A stretch of 64,000 nt of DNA from Blepharisma stoltei ATCC 30299 (Eukaryota > Protista > Ciliophora), in the NCBI GenBank assembly GCA_965603825.1, contig CBFDEM010000054.1, forward strand, positions 124,001-188,000, written 5' to 3'. A program made the position numbers and the translations under genes. This document shows, in pieces, positions 11,307 through 23,600 of this stretch (positions are counted from its first letter, which is position 1; every line of letters starts with the position of its first letter). Below the pieces are notes generated by a model. It did no database searches. It saw only the letters and a program-made list of their open reading frames with translations, and was not told where the DNA came from.

Positions 11307-13187
11307 TTAATATTTAAAAGTTTCTCGCAACTTATAAGCGCGGTTTCTTAAAGCTTCAAAACTGTCTTCTTCAGTGTAGTTAGAGCGCTTGGAAGAAGCT
11401 AAAGAGCTTGCAAAATCTTCAGACTCAAAATTGTCAATTATATTAATCAAGTTTTTGTCATAGTTAGATTTTGGTTTTTCTGGCGAAATTTCTTTGATTG
11501 TCATTTTATTTGCTGCTTTTGGCTTAGGTTTTTCTATATTTTCTTTTATTTGTGCTTTTTTAATATAAGTTGCAGTTTTTGGTTTTTCAGGCGAAATTTC
11601 ATAGCTAATCTTTTTATCATAATTTTTATCAATAAAAGAACTTGAGGCTGAATTTTTGCATGATTCCATCTTCTCTAAGTCGTCGACAAGCTGAAATAAA
11701 GTATCGTCATAAAACCCTTCTTCTAAAATTGGCATTTCATCTCAGCTCTGTTTGACAGCTTTCGAACTTTGCAGATCTTTTACTTGAAAACTTTGGCTTG
11801 GGGTAGATACCTGCTGGAATTGCTTTGAAAATATTTGTTTTTCTTCTTGCTTAGGCTGAGGTATTTCTTCAAAATCCTGATTTATTAATTTTTTAGCTCT
11901 TTGTGAGTTGGCTTCTGCTCTCTCAAGAATGCTTTGTAGTCGACTATCATATTGTATAGAATCAAATAATAAAGGGTTATGAGTGCTTTGCTCAATAGAC
12001 TCTGGACCTCTAAAAGCAACATGTTTAGTCTGTGGAGGGGATTTCATTATAGACGCTTTCATAGGACCCATTCTTGAATTTTTCAAAGATTTCAAGCTTT
12101 CTGTCAGTGCTGATAAGTCTTGTTTTAAATAATTCATATTGTTTACTACATGAGATTGCTTTAATGTAGGCTCAAACATAATACTTTTAGCTGCTTCAGG
12201 CTCATATTCCGACTCATATGAGTTTTGAGTAAACTGGCTTGCTTTTCCATAATTTTCCCTGGCTCTATTTTCAAATGCAGGCTTATTGATGACCACAATA
12301 GGGTTTTCCTCATGTATGCTGTCAGCCTGAATGTCAACACTTTTCATAGACTCAACCTCTTCAAAATCAGCTTGGATTTCTTTATCACAAACTGTTTGTG
12401 TACAAATGCTTGTGCATCGTGAATGGTTTGAGCCTTCTTCAATAGGAGAAGTGGCTGTTTCTCTTATAGGAGTTTGGGTTTCTGTTGTTTGGGTAAATAG
12501 CATTCTGGGGACTAGACGGTCTGGGGTAAAAGTTTCGGTTTGGATATTTGCAGAACCGAAATCTGGAATAGGAGTCCCTGCATATGAGGGAGTAAAATTC
12601 AAAGGACTGCAAATTATCTCTTGAGGGTGGGTTGGGAGTTCTGCAGATGGAAATGAAGGATTCCAGCTCTGCAAGGAATGCTGAGGATTGACCCTTTGGG
12701 CTTCAGGAAAATCTGCATTTTGATATGCAGGATTTCAGCTTTGTAAAGACTGCTGGAGGTTAACTGGTGTAGCAATAGGCTGAGGAGTGCTTATCATTTG
12801 GCAGGAATTAATCAATTCTCTAGCTTTTGCAAGCTGCTTTCCTACCTCTTCAGCTTCTTCTTGGATTTTTTGGTTGGCTTTTCTGACTTTTTTAATTTCT
12901 TTTTCTTTGTCTTTGATTTCTTTCATCGCTTTTTTCTCGAGTTCTTCTCGTTTGCTTTTTTCTAAGGCTAGACGTTTAACGAGCTCTCCAACTTTTGCTT
13001 TATCTTCAGAACAAAGGTCTTTTAAAGTTGCTTGGGTGTTTTCAAAAGTTAAACTCTTCCCCGGGGAAATTCTTGGCTGCTCTTTTGGAGGCTTTTTTTC
13101 TTTGGAGGATGAAGGCTTTGCAAATTGGTATGTAGGCTTGGAGTTTGTTCAGCCGGATGTGTACTCGCTATAAGGAAAATCACCCAT
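11307..13187 (-). CDS. Hinderin/KIAA1328-like coiled-coil protein, 626 aa
   Basis: One frame from ATG 13187 through TGAs at 13149, 12735 and 11742. TLKDLCSEDKAKVGELVKRLA resembles the KIAA1328 LKDLCxEDK motif. Confidence 0.7.
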
Positions 13188-13996
13188 TTTAAATAATTTT
13201 TACCTAGAGGATATTCAAAGGTATTTATTGTGTTTTATATTTATTTAGCATGCAGAATGATAGGAAGCACAACATTGCAAAAGAATAATGGTTAAATTAA
13301 AATAAGTTACCTTAAGTAATTTAAGATTAGTAAAGTTAATGATTTAGGTTTCAATTTTAATATATTAGATTTTATATCCAGTAATTTAAATGCGGAGACC
13401 GACCTTCCCTTATGCTTTGCATTTTTAATTAAGTTTTTTACAACAAGCTTTAGTAAAAATTGGCATTTTCAGATTTTCTGATATCAAGATAGATCACTAT
13501 CTATATAGGTAAACTTGATAAGATTTGGAGTATTTAAACTATTTAATAATAATTATTATCAATAAATCTTTAAAAATAAATTCTAAATAAATTATGAAAA
13601 ACTATACCATAATAAGCAATTTCAACATTATAAAATGATAAGATACTTATACATATATGCAATGAATAGCTTATTAAGCTAATAATTAAGGAAAATCTGT
13701 TCTAAATATTTAATCAAAATAATAAAAAAACGAAAATATGGTATTAAATTATGCAACCGACTCACAAAACTTTATTATGCTTATAAATAAAATTTTATTG
13801 CTAAAATTGAAAATTCAATAAAGCATAAAATCTCATTAGATAATTTTACATTTCCTATTCAATTATCTTCTTATAATAAAAATTAATAAATTATTTTTAA
13901 TCCTTCATTTATCCTAATTTCTGCTTCAAATAAAAAATTCACATAAAATCCTCCATTATCCAAAATTAATATAAAAATAACTTTGTTGGATAATAT

Positions 13997-15478
13997 ATGG
14001 GCTGCTCAATATCAAAAAAACTGCGGACAAAGCAAACAGCAACGGCCACTCTCAATGATCAGCGCCGAATCGGAGATGAGTGCGATATAGTCGTGAACGC
14101 TGGCACATTTGTCCAAGAAAATAACCTTGACTTCCAAAGTGTCTACCGAATGGGAAATTACATAGGCCATGGAGCGTACGGTGAAGTCCGAATTTGTTAC
14201 CATAAAGAAACCTCTCAAAAAAGAGCTGTAAAAATATTCAGAAAAGACGTAATTGCTAATGAAACTTCTCGTTCTCACATAGAACAAGAAATTAATATTT
14301 TAAAATCACTAGACCACCCAAATATTGTAAAAGTACTCGAATATTTTGTAGATCCAAAGAGGATCTATATAGTGATGGAATATTGCAGTGGCGGCGAATT
14401 ATTTGCGGAAATTATTAAAAGAAGATTTTTTTCCGAAGATAAAGCTGCACAAATAATGGAGCAGCTGCTATCAGCTGTAAGATATTTGCATGGGCACAAC
14501 ATAATGCATAGGGATTTAAAGCCAGAGAATATTTTATTAGAAGATAAGCATGATATTTTAAATATAAAACTTATTGATTTTGGGACTGCAACCGCGAAAG
14601 CTCCTTTGAAATATTCCCGGTATTTAGAAGGGACTGCGTATTATATGGCACCAGAAATAGTCCTTGGAGATTATAATGAAAAATGTGATTTATGAAGCTG
14701 TGGGGTCATTATGTATATTTTATTATCTGGATGCCCTCCATTTGATGGAAAAGATGACAATGAAATTTTACTAAATGTTGCGAAAGGATCATATGATATT
14801 TCAGATGATCCATGGTTAAGGATTTCTGCTGAGGCTAAAGATCTATTATCAAAACTATTATGCTCCCCAGAAGAGCGGCTTTCAAGTGCCCAAGCCCTTG
14901 AGCACCCTTGAATTACCACAAAAGGTGTCCAAGCTCCTCCTGACCCAGAAGCAATCAACTTAGTAGTCAACAGACTAAAACAATTCCACAGTGCTAACAA
15001 GCTAAAAGATGCTGTCCACACCTTTATAGTTTCTCAGTTTTTGTCATTCAAAGATGTCAGATCTTTAAAACAAGTTTTCAAAAGACTCGATAGGAATAAT
15101 GATGGAAGATTAAGCAAGGAAGAGCTATATGACGAATATGTATTATCAATGGGTCATTCAGAAGCTGAAGCTTTAGTAGAAAAAATAATGAAAGAAGTAG
15201 ACACAGATAATAATGGTTATATTGATTATTCAGAATTCCTTAAAGCGACGCTAGATATCAAGAAGGTTTTTTCTCTTGATAATTTGAAGTCAGCTTTTAA
15301 AATGTTTGATCATGATGGCAGTGGGTCAATTTCAGCAGGAGAGCTAAAAAGAGTACTCGAAGGAGGAAAATTAAGCAATGATGAAGTGTGGGACGCAATC
15401 GTAAAAGAAGCGGATTTAAATGGGGATGGAGAAATTGACTTGGAAGAGTTTCAACAGTCTGTTTTGTCGAAATTATAA
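13997..15478 (+). CDS. Calcium-dependent protein kinase (CDPK), 493 aa
   Basis: MGC acylation start, kinase domain (HRDLKPEN, DFG, KCDL[W]SCG, EHP[W]I) and four EF-hands. TGA at 14693 and 14909. Confidence 0.95.
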
Positions 15479-15641
15479 ATTGTATGTTAAAATTTTCTTT
15501 GTAGCTTGCATTTATTAACGAGTATATATTAAATCAGAAAATTATATTTGATAATCCACGAGAGAAAAGCAGATAGTCTTAAAAGATGGATAAAGTAGAT
15601 ATTGAAACATGTTTCTAACTAATTTATATTAGCAAAGCAAA

Positions 15642-17206
15642 TTAAGGCTTGATTCGAGCAATAGTTTGCTCAAATCCAATTCTCTGTTTCAATCTACATA
15701 ACTCATACAATTTAATATTTGATTTCTTCCCAAAAACTTGCCGATGATTATGCTGTGGAACTGGAGTCACTGCTTGTATATACGCAAAGTCTCCATTTCT
15801 TGCTTTTAAGCTGCTTTTAGAATTGTGTCTTCCTTTCACAGAATAAAACATTTTTCCATCTTCATGCTCAAAAAAAGTTGGGGTCAAATTTTGGCCTCTG
15901 TCTACATCGAATTGTTTTAAGCTTGGAATTTGTCTACTTTCATTTAGATGTTTGATTGGATTTAATACTGGTATTTTAATATCACTTCTTTTTTTCCTAA
16001 TTTCCAGATGTGATAGATTCGGGTACGTCTCTTCTTCTCTCCTTAGTCTCAAATTTGGCAAAAAATTCGGAGGAGGAAGCTGATTTCTTTCAATTTCTTC
16101 TTTATTTTGACTATTCACAGATTCATCTACCTTTAAATTTATACTTTTTATTACAGTCCGTTTTGGAGTTACATCTCTAACCGTTCTTGGTAACACCCCT
16201 GCTCAGGTGAGCAAAATTCACTATTGGAAATCCTAATTGAGCTGTTAATTTCATAGTCATCATTAAACAACTCCATTAATTCTTGTTCAAAAGATGCTCT
16301 AAAAGTATTAGAAAAATAGTCATGTTTAAGCAGTTCTTCACAGCTTTTTCGGGATTTTGGGTCATACATGAAGCAGCCTTTTAAAAATGATATAACATTA
16401 CTAGGAAAATCTTTAAATTTTGACTCCAAAGATATTACTTTTTTTGGCAAAGGTAGCTAAATAATAAATACCTTGACCCCTTCATATATTGGGTTTGAAT
16501 TAAACGCATTTGACTGCTTATCCGACAAATTTCCACCAATCGTGGAAAGGATGTGCCGCAAAGTGTCAAAGTCAGAATCACCAGGAAATATAGGGAGGCC
16601 TGTAAGTAGTTCTGCACAAATACACCCAATTGATCAGACATCAACTTCTTTTCCATACTCATTATCTCCTACAAGCAGCTCTGGAGCTCTATATCAGCGG
16701 GTTGAAACGTAATCTGTATATTTACCATTAAGAGTGGCCAACGTCCTTGCGAACCCAAAATCGCATAATTTTAAAACTCCATTTTGAGTTAATAGCAAAT
16801 TTTCAGGTTTTATGTCTCTGTGGATTATATTGTGGGAATGGCAATATTTTATAGCTGAAATCAGCTGGTACATGATTTTCTTTACTTGATTTGGATTTAG
16901 ACCATTTTGATGTGCTTCAAGTTCTGATAAAATTGTGTGCTCGACGTACTCGAAGACTAAGTATAGATGTTTGTTTCTGCGGAATACCTCGTAGAGGGTG
17001 ACTATATTATGATGGCTTAGAGATTTTAAAATGCGAATTTCACGCATAGCTATTTTCCTTATAGCTTGATTTTCATCACTTTCTTTGAATTTTTTTATTG
17101 CATAATAAGCACCAGTTTCTTTGTGTCTAACCTTGTAAACAGTTCCATAAGTTCTAAATAGAAATTACCCTTCTCCGATGATCTCCAAAGTCTCATACTT
17201 GTCCAT
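15642..17206 (-). CDS. CDKL-family (cyclin-dependent kinase-like) kinase, 2 introns, apparent frameshift near 16197
   Basis: MDKYETLEIIGEGTYG after splicing, HRDIKPEN, DFG, YTDYVSTR[W]YRAPELL. The kinase frame stops at 16169, and the probable C-terminal tail (15642-16196) lies in another frame. Confidence 0.85.
16457..16471 (-). other. 15-nt spliceosomal intron
   Basis: GTATTTATTATTTAG, in-frame TAG. Removal joins YEGVK to LPLPKK. Confidence 0.88.
17154..17168 (-). other. 15-nt spliceosomal intron
   Basis: GTAATTTCTATTTAG. Removal restores the GEGTYG glycine loop. Confidence 0.95.
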
Positions 17207-17680
17207 CTTAAGAATTAAATTTGTATTGGAGAAGGATGAGCCTAAACTGTTTATTGAAAATTTTCTATAAATTGAATTTTAAAGAAAAATAAACTATAAA
17301 ATTTCAATGAGACACAGATTATGAGTTATTCCTTTTATCCTATTTTTGAAACTAATGATTTTTCTTTTAAATTATAATCAACTAATAATAGGGGAATTTA
17401 TATATGATTTAATAATTATTTTTAATATTTGAATCAATAATCTGAACTCAGCAATATTTTACTAAATAATCTAAATAAAAAATTATTTAAAGTAGCTATA
17501 CAAATAAAAGCTATCATTTAATAAATTCGAAAAATTCTGTATTTTGATAGGATTTCATAATATATAAAGAAATACTTTTGTAAGTCATTTCATAATGATA
17601 CTTTTTTGCATTGTGAAAAGGTCGTTAATAGGCTTGCTTAAATAGCTGCTTTTTGCCATTTACAGTGGCTTATAATAAAT

Positions 17681-17758
17681 ATGAGGGACAAGTGAAGAAA
17701 GAAAAGGATGAGACGTCTCAAAAGAAAGCGCCGAAAGATGAGACAAAAGGCTAAATAA
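17681..17758 (+). CDS. RPL41: Ribosomal protein L41 (eL41), copy A
   Basis: MRDK[TGA=W]RKKRMRRLKRKRRKMRQKAK*, 25 aa. Not in the ORF track. Confidence 0.95.
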
Positions 17759-17926
17759 ACCGATAACTAATCCATTGATTTCTCAATAACACTCAGGCTT
17801 TAAAGAATTTTTATTTTCAAAAATATCAATTTTATTTTGTTTTCAGTAATTTTATTTCTTTCAGTCTTCTAATTAATATTTCAATTACATTTACTTAAAT
17901 GCCTAACAAATAATTATCATATACAC

Positions 17927-18547
17927 CTATAACTTATTATTAAATTTTATAATTTCTTCTTCTATCTTGCTTTTATGTTTAATCACTTTTTTCCTTTTAC
18001 AAGAACTCGGTACCTTAACAAAGGAAACTGGTGTGCAGCAGCTGTCATCAAAAGCCCTTACTGGGGAATTTGATCTTTCAATGAGATTAGGTGTTAGCAA
18101 AATTTTGTTTTCTTCCATTATTTCTTCTTCGTATAATATAACATTTTCTTGGCTTGTATATTTAGGAATGATATCGATGCTAGCTTCTTCTTCAATAATC
18201 AATATTTTGGTGTCTGGGATTTTACTTATCTTTTTAAAAGCATCAGCTAGTTCAATGTTTGATTTTGGATTTTGGCTTTGAATTTCGTCAGGCGGCCGAT
18301 TTTGATTAGATAAAAGTTTTTTGTGTCGTTTTAGATTGATTATTGGGCTGAGTGAGCATTTTCCGTCTATTATTGAATTGAAGATTTGAGAGGGCTTTCC
18401 ACTTTTTATGATACGTTCGCTTGTATTTCGACGCTTTGGGCGGTTTGGCTCGACTTTCTTGTCTTCTAAAGTTTCTAAAGCTCCTTTGAATCTTTTTCGG
18501 CTTTCTGAGTATTTCTCATGAGATTTTCTTTTTAAACTATCACTCAT
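17927..18547 (-). CDS. Hypothetical basic protein, 206 aa
   Basis: ATG in AAAATG context, Lys-rich with NLS-like stretches, no domain recognised. Confidence 0.65.
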   Translation of the reverse strand: MSDSLKRKSHEKYSESRKRFKGALETLEDKKVEPNRPKRRNTSERIIKSGKPSQIFNSIIDGKCSLSPIINLKRHKKLLSNQNRPPDEIQSQNPKSNIELADAFKKISKIPDTKILIIEEEASIDIIPKYTSQENVILYEEEIMEENKILLTPNLIERSNSPVRAFDDSCCTPVSFVKVPSSCKRKKVIKHKSKIEEEIIKFNNKL

Positions 18548-18691
18548 TTTACTTTCAACCTATTGCATTCAAAATATATATAGAATATGTGATGAGATTT
18601 TAAATAAGACTAAAATTATTTTAATCAAATTAGTTTTGTTAATTCTTAGAGCTATTCTCATTATTAAAAAAATTATAGTAAGCTGGAATAA

Positions 18692-19921
18692 ATGAGCACT
18701 GAGCAATACATCACAGAACTCATAGCAGCCAAAATAAAACTAGCAGAATGCGAAGACAAATCTATTTCCAAATCCCGCCAACTAAAACTCCTTTCTGAAA
18801 AACTAAATGAAAATTCAAACCAATTAGACAAAGCCCGAAATGAAAACCAATCCCTCCTAGATTCAGTTGCCCAATTAATAGACGAGAAAAACAGCTTGCG
18901 AGTTCAAATAGAAAAGCAAAGTGGCCTCACAAAGCAATTTTCTGCTGAACAAACAGACACTGAAGAAGACGAATATAGATCCCCAGACCAGTTTTTTGAA
19001 ATTCCAAACGATGAAGATACAGTCGAGGTCTGAAACAGGGTCATAGAAAACTGGGAAGAGCTGGAAAAAAGCAAAAAGTTGAAACTTTTGAGCAGAAAAG
19101 GAATTCCTGCAAAACTTCGCGGTGAAATTTGGAGTAAATGTATAGGGAATAGTCTGCATATTACCCCGCAGCTGTTTAATATACTTTTAGCAAGGGCAAG
19201 GGCGAGTAAACAAGCTGATAAAGAAGAAAATGGCTCTGTTTTGATTCCTATGGATTTGAAAAGGACCCTAAGTGGGTTGCAGGTTTTTCAAAAAGAGCAG
19301 CCATTGCATCAATCACTTCACGACTTATTAGAAGGGTTTGCGGCTTATAGGCCTGATTTTGGATATGTACAAGGGATGGCATATCTGGGAGCAATTTTAA
19401 TTTTGCATTTAGGGACTTATCGGGCTTTTGAGTGTTTTGCAAACATGCTTTTTAAATCTGAACTCATTCGAACTTTCTATTCATTTGATTTAAACGGAAT
19501 GCAAAGCTACTATAAAGTTTTCGAATATTACATGGAAAGAAAAGTCCCAGGAGTGCTTTCAAGATTTGAAGAAATCGGGATTTCGCCTGACGTATACCTC
19601 CTTGAGTGAATCTATACAATGTATTCAAGATGTTTTTCTTTAGAAATCGTAAGGTAAGAGTTAGGAAGCCGAATATGAGACCGTTATTTTTTTGAAGGCG
19701 ATGCTTATATTTTTAAAGTTGGGCTTGGAATCCTTATAGGTCTCGACAAGGAGCTACAAAACGGTGATATTGACAGCGTCGTAGGAATAATCAATAATAT
19801 TTCAAGCCACTTTGATTCCCCTCAAAAAATATTTAGACATGTAGACCATCTCAATATCACTATTTACAAAATTAACAAGCTGAGGATCAAGCTTAAGGCA
19901 AGAAATTCTCCTTTGAATTAA
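18692..19921 (+). CDS. TBC-domain Rab GTPase-activating protein, 404 aa, 1 intron
   Basis: GIPAKLRGEIW, IPMDLKRT, FGYVQGMAYL, and LEIVSRI[W]DRYFFEG after splicing. TGAs at 19031, 19607 and 19676. Confidence 0.92.
19654..19668 (+). other. 15-nt spliceosomal intron
   Basis: GTAAGAGTTAGGAAG, in-frame TAA. Removal restores the TBC SRIWD motif. Confidence 0.88.
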
Positions 19922-19941
19922 ATAATTAGTAAATAATTTAA

Positions 19942-22900
19942 ATGGAGGAAGAACAAAAATTAGACTCACTTGAAATGATAAAGGAGCTCCAACAAGAACA
20001 CCAAGCTAATAATGAAAACCCAGAAATAGAAGAAATGCAGAAAAAGCTGAAAATTTCGAGGAAAAAGCAAGAAAATGCGAAGTATAAAAGTGCTTTGAGC
20101 CAAGAACTGATGCAAGAACTCCGACAAAAGTTCCAGAATTCTTTAAATAAACTGAACAGCATCGACACACGTGATGTCGCTACAAAAGAAGTCCGCCTGC
20201 TAATTGAAAGAAACAATTCAATGGAAGCGTTAAGGATTTATATCGGTTGCTTAGGTGAGCATAGAAAAGCAAAAAGCCCGCTAGCTAGGGAGCAAGAAGT
20301 GCTTTTAATTGGATATATAAGCCAAATATATGAAGAAAAGCTAATTGAAGACAAAAATAGTCCTCTGAGGCTGCTTGTCAGGCTTGCAGAAATAGTTCAA
20401 ATGTATTTTAAAGATTTAAATAGAAAAGTTCATGAGGCGGCTGCTGATTCAATGTGCATGATTTATAAGTACTCTCTGCCAAAAAACTCCCAGCAAGTCG
20501 TTTTTACCTTTATGTTTGAACCTTTAAACAGTATTTTGTCATCTGGAATTGACGTTCAAGCTCAACAGGCCGCTGCTTTAACAATTTTCAAATGATCAGA
20601 GCTGCTTACCCAGGAAAAAGACAAGGAAACTTTAAATGTCCTGCTTCAAAGAGTCATGACTCTTTTTCTCAAGCTAAGGGCTGATTTTGCTGATTTAGTA
20701 AGTGCAATAGGACTTATGGTTGAAACTGTTGGATTTCAAGTGATAAGTGAAAGTATAATTCCCTTGCTAACCAAGCTAATCCAATACTTAAAGTGTACAA
20801 ATAATTATGCGCATCTTCTGAAAATCGAAGCCTGCAGATTATTGTCGTTTTTTGCTGCGTATTTTAGAGAAAACGGCGGGTTTGAGGCTGGACAGATTGT
20901 ATATGAGATTATTAATGCACTTAAAGAAGTCAGGACTGATAAATTGCCCTTAGTACAGTCTGCAGCTAGAGAAGCTTTAAAAGGATGAGAAATGCTTAGC
21001 TCTTCCCCCATTTCCATTGAAGATCCAAAAATTTCTCGAGAATTAAAAAAATCTGATATAAAAGAAAGTAAAGACTCAATTGAGCTGCCACAAATAAAAT
21101 CAACATCCCAGCCTCCAGTCAAATCAATTTTCCCTAACCATTTCAAAGCAATTCGCGACCTCGTAAAAATCCAAAAAGAAAAATCCCAAAAATCAAATCT
21201 TCCACAAGTAGAAAAATCAGTCCAAAGATGAGGAATTTCAAAGCCTGGATATCTGAAAAGAGGTTCTGGGCAATATTCATATGCAGAGCATGAAGGAGCA
21301 GTCAACATTAATCGAGCACTCGACAAAAGAACCAGTGTAAAAGAATATTTGCAACAAAAAAGGCTTAATTCAGCTCCTCCCAGAGAAACTGTAGAAATTT
21401 TATATAAAAAAGACTCTCAGCTTAATGTATATAAAAGGCAAGAAGAAAATAAAGAAAAAAATTCTTTTATTGAAGAAAAAGTCAGCGGGAATGAACAAAT
21501 TTCTGCAGCTTCGTGGCAAAAAGAAGAAGAAAATAAATTCATGGGTTTTGAGGTCGCTGATACTGAAAAACCTACAGAATCAGGAAATCTTGGGATTTAC
21601 CCAAAAGACCAATTAAAAGATGGAGACTTTATTGTGAGGAAAAAAGTTCCGCCAAAAGTGACAACTACTGCAGCTCCAGAAGAAGTAAACGAAGCTCCAA
21701 AAGAGGAGCAAGAAGTTTTTTTTCTACATGAAAGGCAAGAATCGCAGTTTTTAAACCCAAGCGACTATCCGAAGCTTAAGGCTTTGAGAGAAGGTGGGTA
21801 TAAGCCTACTCCAAGCTCATTAGTGTCAGACTCAGTTGAGCTTAAAGGGGAGAACAAGCCTAAAAACCCTCCAGAAATCTCTTCACAAAATCAAATTGAG
21901 CAGCTTCAAGAATTTGAACTAATTTCAGCTATTAGAAATAACCCAGCGCTAAAAGAAGAGTTCTACCAGAAAGCGCTGTCTATAAAAGCTGACGGACATT
22001 TAAATAATTTATTTAAAATACCAGAGGAAAGCCTAAAAGACAGTGAAAAAGCCCAGGAAAATTTAAAAGATATTCTTGCAAAAGTACCAAATGCTGTTCA
22101 GATTGCAAACCCGATTGAAAAAATTGATGAAAAAATAGGATCTCCTAGGCATGTTGAGTCTGCAATAGCAAAAAAGTCAAGGAGTATAGAAGATCCAAGA
22201 AAACAATTTGAGAAAGAAGAGCATCACTATGGGCATGAAGGGTTTCCTCCAGCTTCTATTGAAAATCCAAATGAAATAGCAGCTATCAAAGCAGCTAATA
22301 TCAAAATAAAGGAAATTGGATCACCAAAAGCAAACATAGCTGGACGACAAGAATTTTACCATGACGATGAATTAGTTCCAAATATACCAAAAAATAAACC
22401 AGATATGCCAGAAAATGAGGATGAATTCGCCAATAAAGCTATTTCTCAAAAAAAATCAGCTGAAAACATAGGAAATCCTGATATATCTATTAAAAAAATG
22501 CCTAAAAAAGCCCTTGATATCCAAATTCAAAGCCATTCTTTTAATTTTATTCCCCCCAAAAAAGACTCAAAAATCCAGGAATTTAAACAAAATGAGCTAA
22601 ACTCAAAGCTAAAAGAAGAAATCGGCCAAAGTCTAACTGAATTTAAAGCTCAAATTATAGAAGAAGTTATACAGCAGAAGCCTAAAATTGAGGATCAAAT
22701 TGAATTTATTGAAGAAGAGCCAGAATTGAGAAAATCTTATATTCATCCCCCTATAAAAGCACAGAAAAACAGCAGCATGAAACAATTTAATGAAGCATTC
22801 AAAGAAAGCGTGTATGAGCTTCAAGACCAAATGGAACAAGCTTTCGATTTGATGGCTGGACAGCTAAATTCAATAGAAGAAAGAATTTTTTCAGCTCAGG

Positions 22901-23574
22901 AAACTCTTTATTTATTGACTGCTTATAATGAATTATCTTTGAAAGATACTGAAAAATCAAGCTTAAAGTCCCCAATGTGGACCCAAACCTTAGTCAGCAC
23001 AGAAATCCAAACTTCCTTTGTAAAACCAGACCTAGAAGAGCCTGAAAAGCCAAAATTGTCACATAAAGCTTCTCTTACTTCTAATAATCCTGATATAGAC
23101 AAATCCATACAAGTGTCTCCAGCTGAGCTTGGCCATAAACCCCCAAGCCCAAAAAGTGCAGAAAATCCTAATCCTCAGCCAGATCCTACAGATCTTTTAA
23201 CCCTCACATGGAGCAGCACAATAAAAAAGCTAGACCCTTCTAACCTTGATTCTGCCTACAAATCGATCCTAGAAACAGGTGACGACATCTATCTATTACG
23301 TCTCATGCACAAAACTGGTCCCTGCTTTCATCATTTCTCCCCTGCCACATCTAGCGCAGTTTTATCACGTCTTAGCTTAATCTTAAACTCAAACTTCATC
23401 GAAAGTCTCAGTCTGACCTGGCTTCTGGAAAGTATTCAGTTAGGCTGCATAACAGTTATTTCTTCTGACGAAAAAACACAAGTAATTGATGCATTAGAAA
23501 GGATAAGCTACTCAAATGACGAAGAAGGCCAACTGGCAAGTGAGCTTTCGAGCTATATTCAACGTCATATATAA
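19942..23574 (+). CDS. TORTIFOLIA1/SPIRAL2-like microtubule-associated protein, 1210 aa
   Basis: Four track ORFs share one frame through three TGAs. N-terminal HEAT/TOG region (ELRQKFQNSLNKL.SIDTRDVA), long disordered linker, coiled coil, C-terminal LDSAYKSILETGDDIYLLRLMHKTGP. Confidence 0.75.
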
Positions 23575-23600
23575 CTTAATTTTTGTTATTAATTTATAAA

